A DNA stretch of 64,000 nt from Albugo candida (lineage: Eukaryota). The stretch covers positions 62,001 to 126,000 of the forward strand of contig JBDOQK010000040.1 of the NCBI GenBank assembly GCA_040437565.1, written 5' to 3'. Positions 37,301 to 49,557 of the stretch are shown here, piece by piece (position 1 is the stretch's first letter; each line of letters opens with the position of its first letter). The notes beneath the pieces are model-generated. The model was not told the origin of the DNA and made no database searches. It saw only the letters and a list, made by a program, of their open reading frames with translations. Position numbers and translations under genes: made by a program.

Positions 37301-40300
37301 ATTCGCCGTAGTTTCTTGGGTCTGGTTATCTGATAGTGCTGTAAATGTCTTGAAGTTCAATTGTGTTACATCTAGCACTTGGCTTATCGACTTCATCGCG
37401 TGTTTACCATCGTGTCTATTTGAATGACCTGATGTTTGTTTAACGCTTGCCATGGTTTCCATCAGGATCTTTCTGACCTTCAACACCATGCAAAGCTTTA
37501 CCCAGTCCACTGTCTCGAATATCGGTTAGGGTTTCAATATTGCGAACATTCTGATTTACCATCTCTATACGCTCCTTTGGTACGTAGACCCGATATCCCT
37601 TCATCTTATCGTACTTCCATAATGATCGCCGCTTTGCCGCGCACACCAACAGATTTGTTGTTATTGTTCAGGTGCATCGTGCATGGGGAGTCAAAGACCA
37701 CAATGTCCCTCGATTCCCGTTGTTTCTTGTTCAACATCTTTATAGATGAGATGCAAGCTTCATTTGCCTTGGTGGGACTTCGATGAAGAATGTAGGCTGC
37801 ATATTAAGCAGCATCGCCCCAAAATTTCAAGGGTAGCAAACACCCTTCTCGCACCATGTTTATGACGGTGCGATGCATCCATTCAGCCTTGCCCGTACTT
37901 GCCTGGTTTCTTCTTTTACTTAATTGTCGTAAGACAACAGTTTCCTTGCAAAAAAACGTTCGGAGGTTTGTATTCGCCTCCACCTTCTGTACTTTGAAAG
38001 GGGTATACGGCAATTTAACCCTTTTAGAGACACCAAGAAATTCTCGAACTTCATCGCAGCAAAATCCCCAGTCTTCGTGAGGAACACTCGGCAATAGTTT
38101 GACCGGTGAGTGATACCGTTGATCAAATACTTATTGCCTAGTCGATCACAGGGATTGGTGGAGCCTTTTAGATCGGAACAGATGACGCCAACAATCACAT
38201 CGATGTGAAAATTCAAGCCGCTGTCCTTTCGTGACTGTACGTTTTTCGTCTTCGTGCCTTATGCGCATGCGAAGCAGGTAATACGCCTTGTATCAATCAT
38301 TTTGATATCAGAGGCAGGATTTTGGGCCATCTTGGTGGTTGTGTCATATCACAGATGTTACAAATGACGATAAAACTGGAACAAGCTACCATGCTAAACC
38401 CTTAGGTTATGTTCATGTTCCTCACAATTCGCCATTGTCATGACCGCCTCATTTGGTTAAATAAATCCACGAAAATCGTCAATCCAAATATCGTCGTAAA
38501 CTGAAACGATTAACACATCTTGATACGGTCAACGTTTATGATGGGTGCACCACCAGAATTTGAGATCATGACACGCCTCCCTTCACGATATTCAGGAACG
38601 CATACCTTCTTTTCCAATTTTTCGAATTAAATGATGTTACGCCCCAAATTGGATGCGTATTGAGAATAGAAAAGTCGGATGGTCGTTACAAAACCAAGTG
38701 CCTTGACCCGGATCATCACACTTCCTTCTTTGTTGATCGTTGAAGGCCCCCCATCAGAGGCTTTAGAGAAGCATTCGTTATTGCAGTCGACCGTATCGTC
38801 AAGAAGATTCAAGTCATTGTCCAAATGGCACCATGAGCCGCTGTCCAAAACCCAGTTGCTGGTTGAGCTTGACCGTCCTTCGCTATCAGCTAAAATGAAA
38901 ATTTCATACTGTCTTTTTCGCCTTTCTGCAGGCAAACTGCCTTGAGGTGACCAGTCACTTCCTTATTTCCTTCTTCGGCTCAACGACGTTTACTACGTCT
39001 CTACCGAAATGTTTTACTCGAATATCAACCTCCGTCGATTGTACAAATTGGGCGAGCTTTTCCGCCTATCGTAGGTAGCCAACCCTATTCAGGCCAAACG
39101 GGGCAGCATGGTCGTGCACATCGTTGTATCAGCACAATGGTGTCCAAGACAATGCTTTCGGCGCTTCTGCACGCGTCAAACAGCTGGCAAGTACAAGAGA
39201 TGTTACGTCGATCTACGCTGCGATAACTTGGGCAAAATATACAATTTCATGCTCTAGGAAGGTGTTATCTTGGTAGTAAAAGTCTGGATCAGCCTTTGCA
39301 TAGCATACTCCAACGTTTGCCTCTCAGAACCCCACGTTTGCACCTGCCGACGAAAATATTTCTGCTCAATGCTGGCAAGGTGTTGACCAGGATCACCATC
39401 CTTGATGTTTTCAGGCCATACAAAACCACAGGCAAGCTCGGAGAATCCAACTTGTCGCGCAAGCTCTTTTCCTCATTCAATGAACCCCCTACCATGTCCA
39501 TAGTAGAGTATCTTTCCGTCGAAAGGTTGTAGCGTCAATTCTCGTTGCTGACCATCAGGTACGCCTTCGGGTACCTGGTCAGGTTGTTGATATCTAGGGT
39601 AGCAAATGGATCCTCTGGATCCGGATCTGAGAGTTGGGTCCATTTGCTAAACGGATCTGGATCTAGATCCATTGCAGCCCTAGTAATAACCATGACATGG
39701 TATAGCATACCTGGGTACACTCCTTCAGGTGAACCCTTCGGATGAAAAAAAGCGTCAGATCTCTCACAAATTCCATTTTTGCCATTGACTTGAGCAGGTG
39801 GGTCAACAATATCCCCAGCATAAGCTGGTTATCGGGCACTAAGGTAGGTGGCCGGCGAAACATTCGGTGAACGTTGGGGAGAAGGGGAATGCTCCACAGG
39901 CTGGAGGTTTATACCTACCCTATTCCCAAATACAAATCAAAAGTGCTTGACTTCACATAGTCCTTGCGATGTCGGCTGGCTTGTCAATTCTGCGAGAATT
40001 CCGTCCTACACATCCGCTTCGACAAATCCCCAAGCATGGCGATCACCTCGTCCAGCGCCGCCGCGGGCAGTGCCGGCTATTCTTCGAATTGTTGGTCGTT
40101 GGTCGTGTCCTTACCATTGACCACCACAGCAGGTGCAGATTGCTGAGACGCGCCACCACCACGTTCGTTTGGCCTCATAGCCTCTCTGCTAAAGTATTTG
40201 ATATGAACTTGTTTAATAGCGGTAGAAGCTAGAGTAAATTATATATAGCATCAACTTTGTTTGTCAAAACTAAACATGCATGTGCAATGGCATTACAAAC

Positions 40301-40490
40301 TTGACTATGTCACGTTTCGGATGACTTCCGTCTGGTCCGACGAGGCGAATGTCTCCCCTCGTCCGATATGTCATGATCTCACCAAACAGCCGTTCGGGCG
40401 ATGTCGTACTGTACCTGTAATGGGTCTTGCAGTTGCAGCTCAGGTTCTTGACGACCTGTAAGAAAATAGTATCGTTGAGAATCCTTCCCT
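34330..40490 (-). mobile_element. Degenerate Ty1/Copia LTR retrotransposon (possibly composite)
   Basis: Broken protease WVLDSGSWCHL (38627-38935), integrase GKAEWMHRT...FWGDAA (37804-38216), and RT/RNase H HSTMEEEF, KHFDI, MMADLLTK (34549-36130). Diverged direct repeats at ~34333-34535 and ~40277-40480. PPT at 34536-34545; PBS-like GGCTATGAG at ~40172-40180. Confidence 0.85.
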
Positions 40491-41414
40491 CTCGCATTTC
40501 TCAAGAACCACCCCGCGGATTTTCTCGGTTTGAAAGTAGATCAACCACGTCCTCGTCTGTTCTATTATCTTGAAAAACGTATTAGGTAGACCACATTATA
40601 CGAGGCACTGTCCTCCACAGTCAGTTCGAACAGAATTACGCGCTATGCGGAGTGGCACCTACATGACCGCAAACATTCTTACATAGATGTTGATAAATGT
40701 GATTCGACGTGACTTTGATTATATCTCATCGGGGCAGTAGAGAATGCTAAAAAATTATCGCACGAAGACACAATGTTTTTTTTTTATAAATAATACATAA
40801 GGAATTCTTTTATCAAAAAGTGAGCCGTTTTGGCGATGCGCATCAGCTATATTGCTGACACTGAGTTATTTTCTATTTATCACGTTTCAAAGAGACGCTT
40901 TCGTCATTTTTCTCCTTCAAATATTCAAACACCCGTGTCTCAACGGTGTCAAATTCAAAAATGACCATTTACTGTATTTTCTATGCACATAAAAGTGTGT
41001 AGTGAATGTGTCTTTTTTGCTGCATGCGTTTGCGATAGAATTGTTTATACCCTTTGTACCCGTCGATTTCGAATGAAAAAGTAACAAAAAATCAGCTGGC
41101 TCGTGGCCACGTAGCCATGCCCTATTCATGTTGTCAATTAGCGTATCGCTGTCGTGCAAACAAAACCAAATACACAGCCCTGCGCCATTTAGCCTTATAT
41201 TTTTGCAAGATGTTGTACGAGAAAAGCACGTAGGTATCGGAAGGCTGCACTACTCAGCTGCGTGTTGTCTGGCTGAAGGAATGGAACCAGAGCAATTTGA
41301 CGTTGCCACGTGTGTGCTCGTTCGTGAACCAACAAATCAAGTCGCAAAAAAAGTCTGCCTTCGTCATTTTGCCAGTCTTCAAATCATTTGCAGATCCCTT
41401 CGCTCCAAAGACTC

Positions 41415-42128
41415 ATGACTGTATTTCGTCGCTTATTTCTGTTGGCCCAACATATCTGCGGATTGGTAACGTATGGAAATCGAGAATGCCCCTTTGATCC
41501 TGCATGGGAATGTTTTCCAAAAGAAATAAAAGGTACAACAAAGTTTAAAGTAGTCGGTGAAATACGATCAAGCACACTTTTGTATTGTAAGGTTGAGAAT
41601 CCTTCAATTGTAAAAACTATTGATCTTCGTCCAACAGGACTGGGCGAACCCTGCACGAACTTCGAGTATACGCTTCGTCAATCTGAGTCAAGCCACTTGC
41701 AACCGCATGTCAGCACAGATCAGCCGAGCTTTACAGTACAACTTACTGATGAAGCCTTAAAGTCGAATCAATGGATGGTAAAATTCAAAAGAGGACGTAT
41801 CTCGGTGCAAGACAAGTCTCGACATGAAGATTTTTCGATATGTAACTTCATCATGTTCAGTGCGCAAAGATCAAAACTGGTTGTACCTTCCGTATATCGC
41901 GACATATTTAAAGAGAAGTATGGTACCGACCAACTCTTCGCCTTTATCTTCGAATTTGAATCGGGGCAAGAAATCACCTTCAGTTTGAAAGGCGAACACA
42001 TCGATTGGACTAAAGAACAAAACGATTGGATATTTGGAACAATCGTGATGGAACTTTTGGATATTCGCCTCAGGAAGACCGGAGAAATGTCGAAATTTGA
42101 AGTAATGTTCAACAAGATTGAAGGGTAG
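41415..42128 (+). CDS. Putative secreted protein, subfamily C (237 aa)
   Basis: MTVFRRLFLLAQHICGLVTYG then ECPFD. Motifs DLRPTGLGEPC and WIFGTIVMELLDIRLRK. Confidence 0.8.
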   Translation: MTVFRRLFLLAQHICGLVTYGNRECPFDPAWECFPKEIKGTTKFKVVGEIRSSTLLYCKVENPSIVKTIDLRPTGLGEPCTNFEYTLRQSESSHLQPHVSTDQPSFTVQLTDEALKSNQWMVKFKRGRISVQDKSRHEDFSICNFIMFSAQRSKLVVPSVYRDIFKEKYGTDQLFAFIFEFESGQEITFSLKGEHIDWTKEQNDWIFGTIVMELLDIRLRKTGEMSKFEVMFNKIEG

Positions 42129-42518
42129 CATTGCGCGAAGACTAGCACAAAGAAGAAAGCTTATGTCCAATGTCTAGCAATGACACCACGACACAGTTCA
42201 CCTCTGGTTGATAAGAGCGACTGATAAATAATATAAGCTTTCTTCTTGTTTCTTCATTTTATTACTCGCTGTAGCTCGACCAAGTCATACCACAAACATT
42301 TGGGCTTATGAGAAGCAATCATGCACCAGAATAACAAAGAGTACCAAACGATACCACAGTATGCGAGGCTATTGTCATTCACAATCATTAAGGTGCTCAA
42401 ATGACTAAGGCATCATATNNNNNNNNNNNNNNNNNNNNNNNNNNNNNNNNNNNNNNNNNNNNNNNNNNNNNNNNNNNNNNNNNNNNNNNNNNNNNNNNNN
42501 NNNNNNNNNNNNNNNNNN

Positions 42519-43520
42519 GACTGTATTTCGTCGCTTATTTCTGTTGGCCCAACATATCTGCGGATTGGTAACGTATGGAAATCGAGAATGCCCCTTTGAT
42601 CCTGCATGGGAATGTTTTCCAAAAGAAATAAAAGGTACAACAAAGTTTAAAGTAGTCGGTGAAATACGATCAAGCACACTTTTGTATTGTAAGGTTGAGA
42701 ATCCTTCAATTGTAAAAACTATTGATCTTCGTCCAACAGGACTGGGCGAACCCTGCACGAACTTCGAGTATACGCTTCGTCAATCTGAGTCAAGCCACTT
42801 GCAACCGCATGTCAGCACAGATCAGCCGAGCTTTACAGTACAACTTACTGATGAAGCCTTAAAGTCGAATCAATGGATGGTAAAATTCAAAAGAGGACGT
42901 ATCTCGGTGCAAGACAAGTCTCGACATGAAGATTTTTCGATATGTAACTTCATCATGTTCAGTGCGCAAAGATCAAAACTGGTTGTACCTTCCGTATATC
43001 GCGACATATTTAAAGAGAAGTATGGTACCGACCAACTCTTCGCCTTTATCTTCGAATTTGAATCGGGGCAAGAAATCACCTTCAGTTTGAAAGGCGAACA
43101 CATCGATTGGACTAAAGAACAAAACGATTGGATATTTGGAACAATCGTGATGGAACTTTTGGATATTCGCCTCAGGAAGACCGGAGAAATGTCGAAATTT
43201 GAAGTAATGTTCAACAAGATTGAAGGGTAGCATTGCGCGAAGACTAGCACAAAGAAGAAAGCTTATGTCCAATGTCTAGCAATGACACCACGACACAGTT
43301 CACCTCTGGTTGATAAGAGCGACTGATAAATAATATAAGCTTTCTTCTTGTTTCTTCATTTTATTACTCGCTGTAGCTCGACCAAGTCATACCACAAACA
43401 TTTGGGCTTATGAGAAGCAATCATGCACCAGAATAACAAAGAGTACCAAACGATACCACAGTATGCGAGGCTATTGTCATTCACAATCATTAAGGTGCTC
43501 AAATGACTAAGGCATCATAT
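42519..43520 (+). other. Exact ~1 kb duplicate of 41417-42418 across an N gap (probable assembly overlap artefact; includes a second copy of the subfamily C ORF)
   Basis: Identical by eye, including the 3' flank, and abuts both sides of a 100-N gap. Confidence 0.8.
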
Positions 43521-43569
43521 GCACGATATGGTAGTATACGTAGGAACGAGATATAGTCAAGGTCGCATT

Positions 43570-44360
43570 GCGCGCTACGCGGAGTAGCACCTGCATGAAC
43601 GCAAACATTATCACATAGATGTAGAAAAATGTGTTTTGACATGACTATAATCATATTTGATCGGCGCCAGAGACAATCCTAGAATGGTCGTCACAGCAAG
43701 ACGCAATTATTGAAAGTGATACATGAGAAAAGCTTCTATCAAAGTGAGCTGCTGTAACAAAGTGCACCAACTCTGTTGCTGATGTTGAGAAAATTTCTAT
43801 TGATGACGTCTTCAGAGAGACGCTTTCATCCTTTTTCTTCTTCAAATATATGTTTGAACGCCTCTGTCTTTCCGTTACGTGTCAAATTCAAAAATGAACA
43901 TATACTGTCTTTTCTATGTACGGAGGAGTGTGTAGTGAATATATTTCCTATGCTGCATGCGTATGTGATGGAATTTTTGATACCCTTTGTACTGGTCGAA
44001 TTCCAATGAAAAAGAAGCACCAACCTCCAGCTGGTCCGTGGCATTAAATAAAGGACAGCGTATAAAGAAATTTGAAAAAAAGCATGCCCTACCCATGTTG
44101 TTAAATCAGGGTATCTCTGTCGTGCAAACAAAACCAGATACACAGCCCTGCGCCATTTAGCCTGAAATTTTTGCAAGATGTTGTACGAAAAAAGCACGTA
44201 GGTATCGGAAAGCTGCAGTGCTCAGCTGCGTGCTATCCGTTTGTGTACTAATTGCTGTGTTGTCGTTATGAAGAGTGCAATTCCGCAAACTTGCAAAGAT
44301 ACTATTGGCGGAAGTAAACGAATATTGCTATTTACCTTAACCGCGTATGCAAACGTGCTT
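43570..44360 (+). repeat. Conserved upstream block shared by subfamily C genes (other copies at ~31340-31805 and ~40640-41270)
   Basis: Shared gtcgtgcaaac.aaacca.ataca.agcccT...gttgtacga.aaa.gc.cgtagg...agctgca...ctcagctgc in all three copies. Confidence 0.85.
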
Positions 44361-44441
44361 GAAAAGTTCATTGTTCCGTGCTCTTATTGAATTACGTTCA
44401 TTTACGAACTTACTTCATATCACACACCTATCAAGACAAAA

Positions 44442-45221
44442 ATGATTTGCTTTGGATTTTTCCAGCTGGTTATCCACTCGATATGCCTGATGCTTCTATT
44501 CGCGAAGGAAAATTGTCCATTTGATAGAACAGTGAAGTGTGATAGCGAAAGCGATACATTCAGCAAGACGTATAAATTAACAAGCTATGTGGAATCAAAC
44601 GGCATAGAACTCCAGTGTCGTAGTGACGAAAGTCACCTCAAGGCCAAGCTGGATCTCCGTCCCGATGGTGATGGCACACATTGTACAACTTTTGAGTTTG
44701 CGTTTCGTCACGAGTTACCAAGCATTTTCCAAAAAATGCCTTGTTATCTTCCTACTTCGTTCAGTGCTCCCGTTACAAACAAAGATTTATGGGAAGTGAC
44801 GTATTTATGCGGAGCCATCAATGGAAAAGGAAACGGAGTCTCTGGACCCATAAACACTCGAGGTGATACAAAAATCAACTTCAAACTGGAAGAGACCAAA
44901 CTTCTTGTGCCATCTAAACACCAGGCCGATATTCAATCTCTAGGTGAAACGACATTGGCATTTACATTTGATTTTGACAACGGAAAGCTAAAGTTTGAGA
45001 TAGAAGATAAGTGGATTGGAGTGAACGACAAAAATGAATGGGTCTTTGGAACATATGTCATGGAACTTCTGGATGTTCGCCTCCAGAAAAACAAGGAATA
45101 TCCACTTCACCAGGTGGTGTTCAATTCTAGACACCACGCTCATCGACATGACAATAAAAGGCTGAAGCCACACGATTATTTCTCGGATATTAAAATCGAA
45201 CCTTATGGCGCCCACGCATGA
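44442..45221 (+). CDS. Putative secreted protein, subfamily C (259 aa)
   Basis: Signal-like MICFGFFQLVIHSICLMLLFA then ENCPFD. Motifs DLRPDGDGTHC, LWEVTY and WVFGTYVMELLDVRLQK. Confidence 0.85.
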   Translation: MICFGFFQLVIHSICLMLLFAKENCPFDRTVKCDSESDTFSKTYKLTSYVESNGIELQCRSDESHLKAKLDLRPDGDGTHCTTFEFAFRHELPSIFQKMPCYLPTSFSAPVTNKDLWEVTYLCGAINGKGNGVSGPINTRGDTKINFKLEETKLLVPSKHQADIQSLGETTLAFTFDFDNGKLKFEIEDKWIGVNDKNEWVFGTYVMELLDVRLQKNKEYPLHQVVFNSRHHAHRHDNKRLKPHDYFSDIKIEPYGAHA

Positions 45222-48200
45222 GAAAAAAGTAGATTTTGGCGAGACCCATGCATGGATAATCGCCATAGAATACTTTTTGCTGTTACATGATCTTCATTTC
45301 TATCTCACTGAATCTTTTCTTCCACAATGTTCAAGCGTGAGAAGTGATAGCTCGACCACTACACACAACCTTGAGCCAGAAATCCTCTCTTATGTGTATC
45401 AATAACTGAGGCGGCGATGCTGGGTATGAAACTTTAGTGCCATTTCCAAACTGGCAAGATACTGTAGACCCTTGCGCATAGTAACAAGCGGTCTCGATAC
45501 TGAGAAGTTGTTACTAAATTGCGTCGGTTGTGCGATTACATTATCAGTATTTCATCAAGAGAACATTGCGGCAACACTTGTATAACCTGGATGATAGCGG
45601 AGCACTTTAAATTGCGTCCTGTGGGTTTTTTTAGTCTCAGAAGTCCATAGTAGTAAGTGATATTAAAGTTGGTAAACTAAGAAGATGAACATTTCTACCG
45701 TATTCCACCTTTATGCAGATGTCACCGTGAGGAAAATACAGTGTGATTAAGCGATCACACGGTCGAAAGCAAATATAATACCAACTATATTCTTCCAGTA
45801 CCAAAGTATCAAAGAAATTAGAATGTCTTGCGGAATAGTGGTAGGTAGCTCTCGATCAAGATGTGTAGCCGACCGGATCAATCGTTGTCATCTTGTGAGC
45901 ACGCGGCCAAAATTGTGGATCAATTCATATATCATCCAAGTCAATAGTTGAAGCTATCCATTTGCGCCTGAAAACCATCGTAACCAAAAATGAGTGAGGA
46001 TCAATGACTACACAAATACGGGTTGCAAATTGATTCAGCTCAATAGGTGTTGTGTTGGTTGCGCTGCTCCGTAATACGTTTTGAAGTTGCAACCTTGCGA
46101 ATTGAATATGTGCAGTGTGTTGGAATTGCCTGATCTACCTATCTACCTATAATTAAGAGGTGCACCCCGGGAGATTATCGCTAATGAATACTGATACTTT
46201 AGTCATTCTCCGCTCACAAACGTATCATTGTTTATGCCCCATAAAGCACTTTAAAGAAAGAAACTCGCGTCACTTAATACCATCTATAATAAATGCTGAT
46301 CGAATTCGAGTGGTCCAGACATCAAAGAGTTCATATCCGAATATTCTTTGATCTGAAGATCCCCCTACTTGCGTATTGGACACAGCCAAAAGGCGTAACC
46401 TTCGAATTAAAAAGTCATATCGGTGACTTGAATGAAGAAATTCCTGATCCGTAGCCTCCATGTCACGAAAGAAAGACTTCTGATCGGTACAGAATTTTGC
46501 ACTCGACTCAAAAATGATGTAGCTTACAAAACGTCAGCAATCGATACTTTCTCTTGCTTTGAACTTCCACTAAAGATTCTATTTTTTGAAGTGCTTGAAG
46601 GAATCCAAGTGATTGGTGCCTATATTTAGCTAGACGCTCTATACCTGGCTCACTTTTCAAAAAAGCTATACCCTACGTAATGCTTTCTTCGACGTTTGCC
46701 GCCTTGTTGTGCTTGATTCACAGCTGAATTGCACTCTTCACATATTCTTACCTGACGACGGTATGCGATGATCAAAGTGTCAATTTGCTCGTATTTAAAG
46801 CATGTTCGACGTCCGGCGATTTTACCAAAGCGATTGCGATACAGCTTGTGTTTTGATCAGCTGTGTATGTGTATATCTCTCAGTCAAGTAGATATACAAA
46901 CGCTTTACTGATGGGGACGATTTGGTCGACCGCTCTGGTGCTGCTAAAAGCGATATATGATTTGATGGTGGTACAGTTCAAACAAGACGTTGCGCACATG
47001 TGCGCGTCATCGTTTTATTTCAGAGAGGGATAAATGTATTCTCCGCGCAAAATGAACTCGTTTATGAGCAGTGCAATAGCGTTGGAATGATACTTTAGAT
47101 TATCGGCGTCTAGCTGAATCTTTGAAAAAAAAATCGATTCCAGTGTGCTATTTCCATTAGTGAATACCATCTAATTATTATGTTACGAGACAGATGCATT
47201 TCATTTCTTCAGCGGAGAGAAACACTAATAAAATGATCTTGGAATTTGATTGTCGGAACAGAGCAGGGCCGCCGTGGATAGTAAATCTCCATCAAAAGCG
47301 GAAATTGAACCCTCATATAAGAAAGCGGGTAGTAAGGTGAAACCATAGTAAAGTGAAACCATCGGCCTGAATTCTCCTCTTGCTTGCTAAGTCGTCCAAT
47401 AGCCTTTTGAAAAGCCCAATCTCATCGAGTTGACAAGATCGAATTGATCCAATTCACGTTCAGTAGTACGAACTTGCGCTCATCAACGACGGATCCTCAT
47501 GTGTCGCCACGTAAATGAAGAATTGAGTTGAGAAGACTTCATAGATCTTGAGAATGGCTGCCCCTTTCATTTCATTATTGACTCATTTGCTTCTACTTGA
47601 CGCGATAAAGAATATTTTCCGATGTCTGATTTTGGCGCAAGATTCGCTTTTTGGTCATAAGGAAGTCAATACGTATACCTGCAAGGTCACGATACCATGC
47701 TATATCGCTCATTCTGTAACAAACACAATGTGGTCTCACACTCTCCAATATTAGAAGCTAGCTGCATTTAACGTGTTTTATTGTAGAAAGCTGTACCTTC
47801 GGCAGTAAGCAATGGGATGAATACTTGATTGTATTTCGAAATTTTCAATAGCTTGCTTGAGAAGAAATATCAGCGCACTCTTAAAGCTAACGCATCACAC
47901 TTTCTCCAACATATCGTTTCGCTAAGTACTGTCCTCTAGGTAAGTTATCTTGGGGTCAGATCTGTCAGGTAGTTGGACTCGTATGCGTATAGTGCTTATA
48001 ATTTGGATGATCTATGGAAGGATTAAAATGAATAAAAGTAGACTGGTTTTTCATCTCAGATTTGCAACACCTTGAGCATTTTTTTTCGCCGCAAAAAAAG
48101 TCACCTCTAACTGATAGACCCTTTCAAGTCAACTTCATTAATAATGAAAGACGTTTTAAAGCCTACAATCATGGGCCATCTTACTTTTTCCACGTTGTGC

Positions 48201-49557
48201 ACTTGACGTACTCCAGATTGGTTTTTGTTTGGGAATGGTTCATGGGTGTATATGTGTGAAATTTGCGGCCACCAATGATTGCTGACAGCTCTAACTTCAA
48301 CCACTACCTTATTTACATTGGTACGATTACTGCTGCGTAGCTTCATTATCCCTCGGAATAGTTTCAGGATTACCAACGTCAGAAGGATGAATGTTTTGTC
48401 ATGATAATCCATGCCTTAGATACAAATCACTATAGCTGGTAGCGAGCAATTTACATTAATCTTAGGCTTACTCAAGGGGATGTGATAATCCTGAAAAGCG
48501 TTTCGTCACGATGACTACGTTTTGAAGGCCACAATAGTGAAAGGAATTACTTCGCGTATTTCTACAGTTCGGGACTGTAATTTCACCCTTAGTTCAAAAA
48601 TTTACCAGTTTGAATAGTCCGATTTCCAGAATGAACACTAGCTCGACTATTGCTCTGACAGGATTCTCGATTTTCTATAGTTTGCCTCTCGCTCTTTCCG
48701 ATAAAAGCAGATAGTGGCCAATCCATATTAAAGGAAACTTCTTGCTTGAGGGTACACTAATTCCGAACTTTCGTGCACATTGTATGGCATCGGTAGAGGA
48801 TCGTCCAGTTCTTAATCAAGTGGCACTTTTATGAAACCCATTATTATTGTCTAACATTAGTGAATTTCGTAGCTGACCTGGCCTCATGACTTATGGTTTC
48901 GATCGTGACCCCAGTTGCGATAATGAATTCTTTAGTAATTTCTACCTCAATTTGTCGGTATCGTTCCGCATTCAATGCTAATGTTTTGGCTGAATAGAGA
49001 ATCGAGAACTTTCCGGAGCATTGATTTCTATCCCTATGTGTTATCCGTATGCCTCACAAGATAAAAAACGAATTCTCTTGATGGTATCATTTATTCCATC
49101 CAATCAGTTCATATGTTGTAAACCTATCTTGAACTTCGTGGTGGATTGTAAAAACATGTCCAGTATGTAGTTTCCTGATCCACAACACAGAAGCAATTAA
49201 CATCTTGGGTACCCTGTGCGGATGGTGAGAGTGTACGATGTTTCCGCTCTTTTTTGTTTTGTGGAATTCTCAATTTTGTAAAAGACTAAGGCTTCTCATG
49301 TCACCGAAATATGTGCAAGTACGGGTATTTGTGAACTGTTGCATCCAAAATGAAGCATCAGATTTCCTTTCCGATTGAAATACGACTTATGCGACGCAAC
49401 TCTGTAAAAAGGCTCCATCTATCGCGCTAAAAATTTCTTTATCTCATTGAATATTATGTTCAATATTGTTGTGAGAAATGGTCGTACCAACGCTTTCAAT
49501 TTGGTATCTGTCCCGACCCTGCACGACTTCAAGGGGCGCATTTTACCCACGAAATAC

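Noticed and set aside
42544-43230. Second identical subfamily C gene as a recent tandem duplication
   Set aside because: It is an exact ~1 kb copy flush with both sides of a 100-N gap. The same pattern occurs at 27047/27480, 4092/4206 and 60015/60135, so an unmerged contig overlap is more likely. Read depth would decide.
10215-45221. Classifying the secreted proteins as RXLR, CRN or CHxC/CCG effectors
   Set aside because: No RXLR-dEER, LFLAK or CxxCxxxxxG motif was found after the signal-like peptides.
45400-49500. Short ORFs (e.g. 48107-48412) as a gene or DNA-transposon remnant
   Set aside because: Stop-riddled in all frames, with no motif I can recognise. TBLASTX/RepeatMasker would be needed.
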